A stretch of 63,607 bases of DNA, filler included, from Lama guanicoe (taxonomy: Eukaryota): assembly GCA_013239625.1 (NCBI GenBank). It is 156 parts of 156 records of this genome, joined end to end, with 100 filler letters (N's around TTAATTAATTAA, not from the genome) between each part and the next. Parts side by side here need not be neighbours in the genome. Positions count along the whole stretch, not along the records: positions 36,715 to 37,023 come from PNXV01055097.1; positions 37,124 to 37,432 come from PNXV01055098.1; positions 37,533 to 37,841 come from PNXV01055099.1; positions 37,942 to 38,250 come from PNXV01055100.1; positions 38,351 to 38,659 come from PNXV01055101.1; positions 38,760 to 39,068 come from PNXV01055102.1; positions 39,169 to 39,477 come from PNXV01055103.1; positions 39,578 to 39,886 come from PNXV01055104.1; 148 more parts are not named here. One strand, 5' to 3'. The translations under genes and the position numbers were made by a program. Positions 36,841 to 49,293 of the stretch are shown one piece after another (position 1 is the first letter of the stretch; each line of letters opens with the position of its first letter). Below the pieces are notes generated by a model. The model worked only from the letters and a program-made list of their open reading frames with translations. It searched no databases and was not told where the DNA came from.

Positions 36841-38350
36841 GCTTAAAAAACTGCGACTTTCCACTGGTGCAATGTGTGTGATAGTAAACAAAACACAAAA
36901 TAAAAGTGTCCGGCATGGGCACGTGGTCCGTGGTGAGGCAGTGGGTTTTGTGCCTTGATTTCCGCAGTGATGGCCGCCCAGGATAAGACTGTACAAAACC
37001 ACACACGTACCCCAACTCCAAAANNNNNNNNNNNNNNNNNNNNNNNNNNNNNNNNNNNNNNNNNNNNTTAATTAATTAANNNNNNNNNNNNNNNNNNNNN
37101 NNNNNNNNNNNNNNNNNNNNNNNTAAAAATGGGTGCCTTGAGCCACTCTGCCACCCGTGAAACTGGGGCAAGGATTCAAAACACTGACGTCAAGAGTGGG
37201 AAGCGCAGTGATAAGGAACAAGCTTAAAAACACAGCCACACAACAGAACAGGGGGTTTTCTAAACCACGACGGGCCGACGTCTTCAACACAGAGGCACGG
37301 CACACCAGCACTCGTGCCGGGGTGCATGCTACAGACACGACACCGGCACAAGACGCGATCCTGTGGGGCTCGGGACTCAAACTAGCCAGCAACTTGCAGT
37401 CACTTCTGAGAAAGTCGGAAAAATTAGAGGATNNNNNNNNNNNNNNNNNNNNNNNNNNNNNNNNNNNNNNNNNNNNTTAATTAATTAANNNNNNNNNNNN
37501 NNNNNNNNNNNNNNNNNNNNNNNNNNNNNNNNAAATTTCAGGGCTTTTTACAAACCTATCCATATTTGACATAACACTGGGAACACAACTCACACATGGT
37601 GACAACTGGCTTGGCCTGAGTAACAGGCTGACCTTTAGGCAGAGTGGCCATGCAACTTGCTACTCAGAGGTGAGGCTTCCAGATGGTGGGGTGAGCATCT
37701 CAGTAAATTCTCTCCCCTCAAAAACCAATGACAACTCGGGCAAAGTTATCAAAAGCAGCCATTTCAGAACTCTGTAAATGTAACTAAGGCACACAACAGA
37801 TTAAAAGTATTTGTTGAAGAAAAACTGTTGAACAGTGAGGTNNNNNNNNNNNNNNNNNNNNNNNNNNNNNNNNNNNNNNNNNNNNTTAATTAATTAANNN
37901 NNNNNNNNNNNNNNNNNNNNNNNNNNNNNNNNNNNNNNNNNTGCGTGCCCCCCTAGATCGGGGTGTGGACTGAGCTTTTCCGAGGGTGAACTAAAGAAAG
38001 TGCTTTAGGTCCTCAGACTGGTCTGGAGGGCAGTGCGGGGCCTGTGGATGGGGCTCTGGCCTTAGAGGCCGGGTGGGCCGCCAGGGAAGCTGAATGACGG
38101 GCTGGGGCTGTTGTGGGGAGCAGGATGGCTTAGAGTTTTCCCCACAGCACCGGTAACAGCATGGCCGCTGTTTCCTAGGCAGCAAACTAAGAGGATGGTT
38201 CTAACAGGGCTACTGGCCACCGGGAAGTTGCATTTCCCGTTTTTAGGATCNNNNNNNNNNNNNNNNNNNNNNNNNNNNNNNNNNNNNNNNNNNNTTAATT
38301 AATTAANNNNNNNNNNNNNNNNNNNNNNNNNNNNNNNNNNNNNNNNNNNN

Positions 38351-38650
38351 GGCATATATTTAAAAATGCAATTTTTCCCCATTGGCTTGTCTTGGAATCC
38401 TTGCTAAAATTCAGTTGACCATAAATGTAAGAATTTGTACTTTGGCTTTTAATTCTGTTACATTGATAATATGTCCCTATCCTTACATTAGCACCACACT
38501 GTCTTGATTGTTCCAGCTATGTATCAAGTTTTATATTGGGAAGTGTGAGTCATGCAACTTTATTACTTTTCAAGATGTTTCTGGCTATTCTGGGTCCCTT
38601 TATTTCCATGTACATTTTAGTATCTACCTGTCAATTAGTGCAAAAAAGAG
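38351..38650 (-). mobile_element. LINE-1 ORF2 fragment (old)
   Basis: AGTTGACCATAAATGT..TTCTGTTACATTGAT..CACCACACTGTCTTGATT..TTCAAGATGTTTCTGGCTATTCTGGGTCC. Confidence 0.85.
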
Positions 38651-38849
38651 AAAAAAAAANNNNNNNNNNNNNNNNNNNNNNNNNNNNNNNNNNNNNNNNN
38701 NNNTTAATTAATTAANNNNNNNNNNNNNNNNNNNNNNNNNNNNNNNNNNNNNNNNNNNNACAGAGGGGTGACGCCCAGGGAGAGACCAGGCGTGGCTATT
38801 TCAGGCGGGGCTGGTGTTCTGGTCAGGGGCAGCCTCTCCCTGGGGAGGG

Positions 38850-39000
38850 GGGTACCTCTGGGCAAGGACCTGAATCTTGAGAAGAAGTCAAGCACATGAG
38901 GAGCTGGGGAAGAGCATTTTAGGCTGAGGGAACAGCAAATGCAGAAGTTCTGTAATGGGAACTGCTGGGTGTGCTGAAGGGCAGCCAGATGGCCACCGTG
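38850..39000 (-). mobile_element. L2 LINE remnant
   Basis: GACCTGAA..CTGGGGAAGAGCATTTTAGGCTGAGGGAACAGCAAATGCA typical antisense L2. Confidence 0.7.
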
Positions 39001-39986
39001 CATCCTGCGGGGCCACCCAGAGGGACAGTGGCAGATGGGGAAGCAGATCGTGGGCCTGTCATCTCGGTNNNNNNNNNNNNNNNNNNNNNNNNNNNNNNNN
39101 NNNNNNNNNNNNTTAATTAATTAANNNNNNNNNNNNNNNNNNNNNNNNNNNNNNNNNNNNNNNNNNNNGTCCCAGCTTTGTTGTTCATCCAAGATATTTT
39201 TGTCTTTAATTATACACGATGGGAAAATACTAAGCCAGTGCTACTTTAATGAAGCTGAAAACATTTATTAACAATTTTATATGTGATAAAGTGGAAATCA
39301 CTTGTTTTGAGAAGCTTGGTGCAAAAACCATTAGCATTTTGCTAAAATTGTTAGCATTCTGGCAAGGCAAGTCATTTAATAATGGCTATGTTCTTAATTA
39401 TTAACACCCTATTCCTAAAATTATTTACATTACTTTATGAAGCATATTTTTAATTTTCAGAAAACTTTGAAAAAAAANNNNNNNNNNNNNNNNNNNNNNN
39501 NNNNNNNNNNNNNNNNNNNNNTTAATTAATTAANNNNNNNNNNNNNNNNNNNNNNNNNNNNNNNNNNNNNNNNNNNNACTTTTCCATCCCTTCTCCACTC
39601 TTTCTTGTGACTTCCTACTCCTCAGTGTTCAAATCAATTCATTCTTGCTGGGCCCTTGTGTATATGAGTTCATTTCTCTTTCTTCCTGATAATATTAGTC
39701 CCTGCCATGTGATTTCTCTCTCCGAATATTTGCACATTCTGACGTGCTCACAAGCAGGCTTCTGACGATGTGTTAATAGAGATATGGACTTCCTGGTCCA
39801 CAGTATCAGGTCCTTTAGGACAAAGAACAAATTAGATCATTTAGCATGGTTCTGGGAATGATACAAGCATTCCAGCATCTCAAAGANNNNNNNNNNNNNN
39901 NNNNNNNNNNNNNNNNNNNNNNNNNNNNNNTTAATTAATTAANNNNNNNNNNNNNNNNNNNNNNNNNNNNNNNNNNNNNNNNNNNN

Positions 39987-40295
39987 ACAAGCCAGATACA
40001 GTTTTTAAAAATGCTTCACAGAGCTGAAGACACAAGTGAACATAGAAAGAAAAGAAACACAAAGAAATTCCAGGACATCAAGAGCACTTTCAAGAAAATA
40101 AGAGAACGTAGCTGCTCTTATCACTGGAGAAACAGCAAGAGGAAGGACCAACCCACCGGGGATGGATGTAAGGAGAAGCTGCTAAATTATAATCAACACC
40201 TACTGGACACATAGGGGCTGTTGTGACGAATCAAGTTTCCAAGGACACCCAGCCACAGAGCAAGTCTGCACCCACCCCTTCACTCTCCCCTGTGG
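39987..40295 (+). repeat. Duplicated contig (copy B1) of 40805-41113
   Basis: Colinear; 49-bp identical ends; about 18 substitutions in the 211-bp core. Confidence 0.95.
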
Positions 40296-40804
40296 NNNNN
40301 NNNNNNNNNNNNNNNNNNNNNNNNNNNNNNNNNNNNNNNTTAATTAATTAANNNNNNNNNNNNNNNNNNNNNNNNNNNNNNNNNNNNNNNNNNNNATAAG
40401 GACATGTTTGCCACTGGAAGCAGTGAATGGCTATGACCTAGGGTTAGGAGTGAACCAGCAATAAAGCCTTAGAAAGACCAAAATTCAACCTCAAACCAAC
40501 TCAGTCTATGGATGGATTAAGGTAAATTGCCCCCAATTCAACAGCAGGTCAGAGCTAAAATAAAACCTCTCTAGGAGAAAATGACATGGCCCAGAGTCTC
40601 CACTTGGTTTATACTGGTGTTCAAACATTTAATAAAAATAAATAAATAAAACTGAAGACCCTCAGGGAATTCCAGTGTACTAGCCCAAGAGAGGGGGAAA
40701 AAAANNNNNNNNNNNNNNNNNNNNNNNNNNNNNNNNNNNNNNNNNNNNTTAATTAATTAANNNNNNNNNNNNNNNNNNNNNNNNNNNNNNNNNNNNNNNN
40801 NNNN

Positions 40805-41113
40805 ACAAGCCAGATACAGTTTTTAAAAATGCTTCACAGAGCTGAAGACACAAAGGAATATAGACAGAAAAGAAACACAAAGACATTCCAGAACGTCAAG
40901 AGCACTTTCGAACAAATAAGAGAACGTAGCTGCTCTCATCACTGGAGAAACAGCAGGAGGAAGGACCAACCCACCGGAGATGGATGTAAGGAGAAGCTGC
41001 TAAATTATAGTCAACACCTACTGGACACATAGGGGCTGGTGTGACAAATCAAGATTCCAAGGATACCCAGCCACAGAGCAAGTCTGCACCCACCCCTTCA
41101 CTCTCCCCTGTGG
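40805..41113 (+). repeat. Duplicated contig (copy B2) of 39987-40295
   Basis: Colinear with 39987-40295; 49-bp identical ends. Confidence 0.95.
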
Positions 41114-41622
41114 NNNNNNNNNNNNNNNNNNNNNNNNNNNNNNNNNNNNNNNNNNNNTTAATTAATTAANNNNNNNNNNNNNNNNNNNNNNNNNNNNNNN
41201 NNNNNNNNNNNNNGCTTTGTTTCCATGTTCAAGCACATCTTTTAAATTTCTCTGGTATTGATCAGGTCTCTTTCAATTGTAAGAAAAGCCAATTCTAACT
41301 GCCTTAAGTGAAGATGGGAATTAAATGTGACCAAAAGAACCCAAAAGGTTCTTGGCCGTAGACTGGGCTGTTTCCAGAGGCTCCACTCTTTAGACAGGCT
41401 GTGACATAAGGAGATTCCCCACCCCCTGCTCCCCACTCCCCACCCCCATCGTCCATCCTCCTCAGCTCCTGTCCCAGAGGGACAGAGAACGCTTTCCTCC
41501 CAGGCACGGTTGCCAAAGCCCCNNNNNNNNNNNNNNNNNNNNNNNNNNNNNNNNNNNNNNNNNNNNTTAATTAATTAANNNNNNNNNNNNNNNNNNNNNN
41601 NNNNNNNNNNNNNNNNNNNNNN

Positions 41623-41931
41623 AAAAATGAAGATAAAACCTATAGCTTGGGAGGAAATATTTGCAAACCACGTATCCAATAAGGGGTTAATATCCCAACT
41701 ATATAGGGAAATCATATAACTCCATATTAAAACAAAACAAAATAAAACAAAAACAAAAACAAAAAACCCAGTTATCTAACTTAAAAATGGGCAAACAATC
41801 TGAACAGACATTTTTTCCAAAGAACACATACAGATGGCCAACAGTGCCACTGAAAGGTGCTCAACATCACTAATTATCAGGGAAACACAAATCAAAACCA
41901 CAATGAGGTATCACTTCACACCTGTTAGGAT
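41623..41931 (+). mobile_element. LINE-1 ORF2 C-terminal fragment with internal (AAAAC)n
   Basis: AAATATTTGCAAACCA..AAGGGGTTAATATCC..AAAATGGGCAAA..ATCAAAACCACAATGAGGTATCACTTCACACCTGTTAGGAT. Confidence 0.93.
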
Positions 41932-42031
41932 NNNNNNNNNNNNNNNNNNNNNNNNNNNNNNNNNNNNNNNNNNNNTTAATTAATTAANNNNNNNNNNNNN
42001 NNNNNNNNNNNNNNNNNNNNNNNNNNNNNNN

Positions 42032-42208
42032 GGAGGAGAGGGGGCCAGAGATCTCTTGGGGTTTTCTTTTTAAGGGCTCTGATCCCATGACTAATGACCC
42101 CACCCTCACAGCTCACGACAGCTCCACCTCCTAACACCGTCATCTTTGCGGTCAGGATTTCAGCATATGATTTGGGGTCAGGGGATACAAGCATTCACAC
42201 CATAGCAC
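42032..42208 (-). mobile_element. ERVL-MaLR LTR (MLT1A/MST-like) terminus
   Basis: TAAGGGCTCTGATCCCAT..CCACCTCCTAACACC..GGATTTCAGCATATGA..AGCATTCACACCATAGCA. Confidence 0.8.
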
Positions 42209-42440
42209 GTGTGCATAATCTAAATAGAATCCATGATACAAGACTAACAATAACAGGGTCATGGTATTTATTGTACTTTAGAGAGATTCGCCTGAGAAAG
42301 GGAACTGACTGTGAAGAAGCAGTCAGAATCAATATATTGCNNNNNNNNNNNNNNNNNNNNNNNNNNNNNNNNNNNNNNNNNNNNTTAATTAATTAANNNN
42401 NNNNNNNNNNNNNNNNNNNNNNNNNNNNNNNNNNNNNNNN

Positions 42441-42749
42441 CACGGCCCGTCCGCGTGTGGCGCGGCAGCCGGGCTCCGGGGCTGCGGCGGTCGGCGGCCG
42501 GGCGGCGGCGGCGCTGACAGGTGAGCGCGGCGGCGGGCGGGCCGCTCGGTTCTGCTTCACTCCCCTCCGGCCCCCGCCGTGCCGCGCCCGACCGCCGCCT
42601 CGGACCCGCGCCGCGCCCGCCTGTCACGGGCCGCCATCTTCCCGGAGGACGCGGCCGGGCTGGGGCGGGCGGACACAGCCGGGCCGGGGCGCGGGCAGAG
42701 GGGCCGGGGTGTGGGGCGGGGCCGGGCGGGGCAGGGCTGGGGCCGGGCC
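42441..42749 (+). promoter_or_regulatory. CpG island: probable non-coding first exon end and intron 1 start
   Basis: Donor GACAG|GTGAGC at 42520/42521; YY1-like CCGCCATCTT at 42631-42640; multiple GGGCGG boxes. Confidence 0.75.
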
Positions 42750-45303
42750 NNNNNNNNNNNNNNNNNNNNNNNNNNNNNNNNNNNNNNNNNNNNTTAATTA
42801 ATTAANNNNNNNNNNNNNNNNNNNNNNNNNNNNNNNNNNNNNNNNNNNNATAAAGAATCAAAGACAACTTGTTTCTCTTATAATGATGATTTTTGGTGTT
42901 ACATGATGGCTCATAAAATTACAGAGCATATAAAATCTGTTTAGTGCTTTTTGATAACTAGAAATCATGACAGTTAACTAGAAAAAAATTTAAGTGAAGG
43001 CTGGAAACTTTTCCCTACCTGTTTCCCACTCAAGCAAAAGGGAACTGAGTACAAGGTACTCTTCTTACTCATTCTGCTCATTTAAATAGTGAGCTCTTTT
43101 CCTTAGAGGCTAAGCTACCTTAACTTGTAAACAAAGGGGACTCCCCCCTTCTCATTTTNNNNNNNNNNNNNNNNNNNNNNNNNNNNNNNNNNNNNNNNNN
43201 NNTTAATTAATTAANNNNNNNNNNNNNNNNNNNNNNNNNNNNNNNNNNNNNNNNNNNNTTGATGGGGTCATGATTAACATCAACAGTGTTGACTAGATTG
43301 AGTAATTGCCAGAAAAACTCATTGGCCAAGAAAGTGATCCTGGTTTACTCACTCCATTTACATCATCCACCAGCTGTTCTGTTATTAGGGAAGGGAGATG
43401 CTCTGTCCTCCCCAGCTCTCCTGCACCTGCTCTGTGTCAGTTAAATTTCTCCTTCCCACTTCCTTTCTTACAAGCCTGCTTTTTCCTTCCTGGTACAAAG
43501 TCATCACAAAGCCAGGAACTCTGCAGATGTGAAACAACCTGTCTGTGGCAGTTCCCTGCTAAGATCANNNNNNNNNNNNNNNNNNNNNNNNNNNNNNNNN
43601 NNNNNNNNNNNTTAATTAATTAANNNNNNNNNNNNNNNNNNNNNNNNNNNNNNNNNNNNNNNNNNNNAAAACCAAAGAGACATAACTGGGCTGAAGAAAG
43701 AAAGATATCTCCATGGGCAAGTGATGGAATAGAAATGCAGTGGGATCTGAGCTGAAACCACTAGCTTGGGCTCCTTTGGCTCCTATGAGCAAAGAAGACT
43801 TAAAAATATATAATGAATAAAGCTTAAAGCTGGGAGCTAGGCTATGGCTTCCTCATTTCCTGCAAGGACGTTGAAAGAGTATGAGCGTGTTGCTACTCAG
43901 TTAAATTGAGGTTGTATTACTAAAGGAAAAAGAAGAAATCGGATGCTAACTATGTGACTGGCAGTGTTAACCATAANNNNNNNNNNNNNNNNNNNNNNNN
44001 NNNNNNNNNNNNNNNNNNNNTTAATTAATTAANNNNNNNNNNNNNNNNNNNNNNNNNNNNNNNNNNNNNNNNNNNNCCCTTGTTATATCCATGCATACTT
44101 ATTACAAAAAATTAGGAAATACAGATAAGCAAAACAGAAGAAAATGGAAATTACCCATCACCCCACCACTCAGAGGTAACAATTTACACCATTTTGATAT
44201 TTATCATTCCAGTTGCTTTAAAAAAAATTAAATGTAGTTCATTCTACTTTTTGCACCCGCTAGCTGCTAGCACATACAGTTTACAAAAAAAGCAAAAATG
44301 ACCTACCCTCCCACTACACTTGTTGAGAACTGATGCCTTTTTTGCATAACAATGGGTTTTTTCCTGTCCCAAAAATGGAATTGGANNNNNNNNNNNNNNN
44401 NNNNNNNNNNNNNNNNNNNNNNNNNNNNNTTAATTAATTAANNNNNNNNNNNNNNNNNNNNNNNNNNNNNNNNNNNNNNNNNNNNTACATCTTTTGAATG
44501 GGATGAGAATGAAACATCAGAGTGGGTGTGATGTGCCCATCCGCTGCCACTCTCCCCAAGAGTTTTCCAGAGAATTTTGGTCTTGGGGAGTTTCTTTCTT
44601 TCAGATATTTCTGCCCTATGTCAGTTACCCTGTGAGTAGTCTGCTGTCACTTCTGGTTTGGTGGCCTTCGTCGGCCACTAAGGTTTTAGAGAGACTCGGG
44701 TTTTAGAGAGACTCAGGCTCAAGTTCTGGCTCTGTCACTTAGCTTTACGAGCTTCAGTTTCCCTAACTGTAAAATGGGAATAACACCTATTTTCNNNNNN
44801 NNNNNNNNNNNNNNNNNNNNNNNNNNNNNNNNNNNNNNTTAATTAATTAANNNNNNNNNNNNNNNNNNNNNNNNNNNNNNNNNNNNNNNNNNNNCCACTG
44901 CCCTTGCTCCCCCAGACCGCGGGCACCTCCCCGGTTCTCGGACGGGTACCAGGCACCAGGAAGTGGACTGACCACCGGCCTGGGTCTGCCCCACTCACCT
45001 TCTGTCAGAGGCACCAGGTCCCCAGCGGAGGGAGGGGCGGGGCCCTGGGGTGGAGACTGAGGGCTGCAGGGTCCCAGGGAGGCCTGGAACCTGCAGGCGG
45101 GACTTGGGCCCGGAGCACCAAGCAAGTGCAGGCCCCTCCTGCAGGCAGTTCCCAGCCTCGGGGGCCTGGCAGGAAAGTGCATTCCCTGTCATGCCAGTTG
45201 TGTNNNNNNNNNNNNNNNNNNNNNNNNNNNNNNNNNNNNNNNNNNNNTTAATTAATTAANNNNNNNNNNNNNNNNNNNNNNNNNNNNNNNNNNNNNNNNN
45301 NNN

Positions 45304-45612
45304 GGAAACGAAAATCAAACCACAGTGAGCTAGCACTTCATGCCCATGAGGATGGCTACTATTTAAAGGCCATTAACGTTAATCAAGGACAAACCAGAAC
45401 AAGGGTTGGGCAAGGTGTGGAGAAACCAGAACCCTCCTGCATCATGGGCAGAATTGTAAAATGGTGCAGATCCCAAGGAAAACAGTTTGGCTGTTCCTCA
45501 AAATATTAAATATAGAATTACCACACGATCCAACAACTCTCCTCTAAGGTATGTATACACACGTGCATGTCCAAGAGGAATGAAAACATATGTCCTCATA
45601 AAATCTTGTACA
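45304..45612 (+). mobile_element. LINE-1 ORF2 3' fragment (old)
   Basis: AAATCAAACCACAGTGAG..GGATGGCTACT..GAACCCTC..TGTAAAATGGTGCAG..AAACAGTTTGGC..ATAGAATTACCA. Confidence 0.85.
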
Positions 45613-45734
45613 NNNNNNNNNNNNNNNNNNNNNNNNNNNNNNNNNNNNNNNNNNNNTTAATTAATTAANNNNNNNNNNNNNNNNNNNNNNNNNNNNNNNN
45701 NNNNNNNNNNNNAAAACAAAGGAAACAAAATATA

Positions 45735-46021
45735 TTTTCCTGTAATGAGAACACTTAAGGTCTACTTGCTTAACAGCTTTCAAATATACCACAGAGCAAT
45801 GTTAACTGTATTCATCATGTTGTACATAACATTTCAATACTTGTTTATCCCATAACTGGACGTTGGTATGTTTGGACTTCCTACATCAAATTCTCCCTCT
45901 TCCCACTGCCCACCTTTGGTAACCAAAAATGTGATATTTTACTTTTTGTTTATTTTTTTCACATATAAATCAGGACATACAGTATTTGTCTTGCTCTGCC
46001 TGACTTCTCTTACTTAGCATG
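45735..46021 (-). mobile_element. LINE-1 3' UTR fragment
   Basis: GAGAACACTTAAG..CTTAACAGCTTTCAAATATAC..TGTTAACT..ATACAGTATTTGTCTT..TTACTTAGCAT. Confidence 0.8.
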
Positions 46022-46299
46022 NNNNNNNNNNNNNNNNNNNNNNNNNNNNNNNNNNNNNNNNNNNNTTAATTAATTAANNNNNNNNNNNNNNNNNNNNNNN
46101 NNNNNNNNNNNNNNNNNNNNNCCTCAGAATAGATTTCTAGAAATAGAATGGTTAAGTCATATGTATACACATCATTAAAGCTATATGGGTTTTACATTGT
46201 ATGTATGTCAGACGTTCATTCTTAAAGGCTTTACCAATTTATACTCCCCCTTTAGTGTGCTAGGGGTCTAGCTTCCTATGATAATGATTATTATTCTAA

Positions 46300-46420
46300 T
46301 ATTAATTGAGCATTTACTTAGTGCCAGATGAGGTATTAAATACTTTATTTCACTAATTCCCTCAAAAACCCTGTGAGGTGGTTACTAATATTATCTACAT
46401 TTTAGAGATGATTGAAATAG
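46300..46420 (-). mobile_element. MIR SINE remnant
   Basis: TTGAGCATTTACT..GTGCCAG..CCTCAAAAACCCTGTGAGGTGG..ATTATC..CATTTTAGAGATGA. Confidence 0.7.
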
Positions 46421-47348
46421 TCTTCAAGAANNNNNNNNNNNNNNNNNNNNNNNNNNNNNNNNNNNNNNNNNNNNTTAATTAATTAANNNNNNNNNNNNNN
46501 NNNNNNNNNNNNNNNNNNNNNNNNNNNNNNTTGTTATAGCATCTGGAGCTGACTAATACACTTCCTCTGAAGGTCTGTGCACTCTCATGTCAGGAGTGTA
46601 GTCTGCAAGTGAAAACATCCTTCTCCCTCCCCAGTTGGACTGCTTCAGCACCCTCAACCCTGCTTCCTCCTGGGACAGCCTCTCTGCCAGGTCCCGTTTC
46701 TTTGTCCAGGGAGCCAGATGACAGAACTCAAGGGAAGAGGAGAATGCTGAGGATCAAGAAGGGTAGGAGGCCCCAAAGACAGGAGCAGGATGAATCTTTC
46801 ATTTGTTTTTATTTGGTTTTTCAGGCTTGGTTTGGGGAGNNNNNNNNNNNNNNNNNNNNNNNNNNNNNNNNNNNNNNNNNNNNTTAATTAATTAANNNNN
46901 NNNNNNNNNNNNNNNNNNNNNNNNNNNNNNNNNNNNNNNTCTCTTTGAGGAGTTAGTCTGGTTAGAAATATAAAATGAACCCTGGTGCAAGCTTTCCAGA
47001 ATAGAGAATAATGAAATAAATGTTTGATCACATGAATCAGATTTCAAGTCTGGAAAGCCATAAAAAAAAGGCAAAATAAAGATGTGAATTTATTTTAAAA
47101 ATGTCTTCGTGGCCATATGAACAGCACCTCTTCCTTCTGAACATGGAGCATTTACTGTTTCATTCAGTACTTTACACATCTTTTGTCTCCCCTTCAGTGT
47201 TCTGCCCTACCACATTCAAAACAGTAGTGTAAGGAGCAACATATATAGNNNNNNNNNNNNNNNNNNNNNNNNNNNNNNNNNNNNNNNNNNNNTTAATTAA
47301 TTAANNNNNNNNNNNNNNNNNNNNNNNNNNNNNNNNNNNNNNNNNNNN

Positions 47349-47657
47349 AAACAAAGAAAACAGTTTCATTACAATAGCATCTGAAACAAACAAAAAATAC
47401 TCAAGAATAAATTTAACCATGGAGGAAAAATATCTGTACATTGAAACTATAAGATGTCAATGAAAGAAATGGGAAGATATCCTGTGTTCATGGATCAGAA
47501 AGAAGAGTTAATGTTATCAAAATGTCCATCTAAAGTCATCTATAGATTCAATGTAATCTCTATCAAAATTTCACTGGAGAAACAATCCTACAATTTGTAT
47601 GGAACCAAACAAGACCGCAAATAGCCAAAGCAATCTTGAGAAAGAACAGTGATGAAG
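47349..47657 (+). mobile_element. LINE-1 ORF2 fragment with deletions
   Basis: GAATAAATTTAACC..ATATCCTGTGTTCATGGAT..ATCTATAGATTCAATG..AATAGCCAAAGCAATCTTGAGAAAGAAC. Confidence 0.9.
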
Positions 47658-47757
47658 NNNNNNNNNNNNNNNNNNNNNNNNNNNNNNNNNNNNNNNNNNN
47701 NTTAATTAATTAANNNNNNNNNNNNNNNNNNNNNNNNNNNNNNNNNNNNNNNNNNNN

Positions 47758-48066
47758 CAGGTGCAGAAAGACGCAGATAGAAGGAGAGTCTGCAGCCTTG
47801 TGATAACCCGGAGGCACAGACACAACGAAGATGCTGGCCCACCTGTGCAGTCGGGAACTGCTGGGGGAAAGCGAGAGAAGGAAACAGACCTGAGAGCCTC
47901 AACAGAGGCAGAGTAATCAGGAACTGGCAACTGAATGGATACGGAGAGGGTGGCAGATTCACCGACATGTGGGCTTGGGATAATGCAATTTAATAGAGAA
48001 AGGGGACCCAGAAGAGCAGGTTTACAGGGAGAGATAATGAAGTCAGTAACTTTCCATGGTGGGTAG
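47758..48066 (+). repeat. Duplicated contig (copy C1) of 48576-48884
   Basis: Colinear; 49-bp identical ends; about 13 substitutions in the 211-bp core. Confidence 0.95.
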
Positions 48067-48575
48067 NNNNNNNNNNNNNNNNNNNNNNNNNNNNNNNNNN
48101 NNNNNNNNNNTTAATTAATTAANNNNNNNNNNNNNNNNNNNNNNNNNNNNNNNNNNNNNNNNNNNNTAATGGCTGCACCAAACTGCATCCCCACCAACAG
48201 TTAGTGGGGTTCCCTTATAGGAGGAACTGTTTTATATGCAAATACAAATTTGTGTTGCCACCAGTCGACACACAGGTCCAGCCAGCCGTGGGTGGGAAGG
48301 GAAGGAATAGTAATTGTGGGGCACCTCTGCAGACTCGTTAGCCCCTAAGGCCACAGCAAGATGAGTCCTCCTCCCTCACCTGGACAAGATGCTCCGCACA
48401 GAAATCCCACAAATCCCACAATGACACTGACTGTCATTCCCCTTTTACACACCTTTAACAGGCACCCCGTGAACTNNNNNNNNNNNNNNNNNNNNNNNNN
48501 NNNNNNNNNNNNNNNNNNNTTAATTAATTAANNNNNNNNNNNNNNNNNNNNNNNNNNNNNNNNNNNNNNNNNNNN

Positions 48576-48884
48576 CAGGTGCAGAAAGACGCAGATAGAA
48601 GGAGAGTCTGCAGCCTTGTGATAATCTGGAGGCACAGACACAACGAAGAAGCTGGCCCACCTGTGCAGGCGGGAACTGCTGGGGGAAAGCGAGAGAAGGA
48701 AACGGACCTTAGAGCCTCAACAGAGGCAGAGTAATCAGGAACTGGCAACTGAAAGGATACGGACAGGGTGGCAGACTCACTGACATGCGGGCTTGGGATA
48801 ATGCTATTTAATAGAGAAAGGGGACCCAGAAGAGTAGGTTTACAGGGAGAGATAATGAAGTCAGTAACTTTCCATGGTGGGTAG
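48576..48884 (+). repeat. Duplicated contig (copy C2) of 47758-48066
   Basis: Colinear with 47758-48066; 49-bp identical ends. Confidence 0.95.
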
Positions 48885-48984
48885 NNNNNNNNNNNNNNNN
48901 NNNNNNNNNNNNNNNNNNNNNNNNNNNNTTAATTAATTAANNNNNNNNNNNNNNNNNNNNNNNNNNNNNNNNNNNNNNNNNNNN

Positions 48985-49293
48985 CCTCTGAGGGGACTTG
49001 GAATAAGAAAGGACAGGACATTGGCCCTAGATAGCCAGGTGCTTGTCAAAGGGATGAATTCAGTGAGCCCAGATGTGTGCTCCTTCCTATACCTAGAAAA
49101 GTGCTAAATTATTTAACTAGACATGCCTGGCTTTCTTTAACAGTACTCATTAACATTCCGACTACCTGGTCTTTGCTGTAAAGCTCCTACATATCCTGGC
49201 TCCGCCCCTACCTCTTCGGAGCAGTCCCTCAGAGCGATCTGGGAGGTCGCCGTCGGGGCTCAAAGGGATTCAGTCCTCAGAAATGTCCGCCAA
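48985..49293 (+). mobile_element. ERV1-class LTR fragment (MER34/LTR39-like)
   Basis: GGCCCTAGATA..ATATCCTGGCTCCGCCCCTACCTCTTCGGAGCAGTCCCTCAGAGC..AGTCCTCAG U3/R motifs (recalled consensus). Confidence 0.6.

Noticed and set aside
39748..39812. Possible terminal exon (G)PDTVDQEVHISINTSSEACL* on the minus strand
   Set aside because: Weak AAG acceptor, short, no recognised homologue
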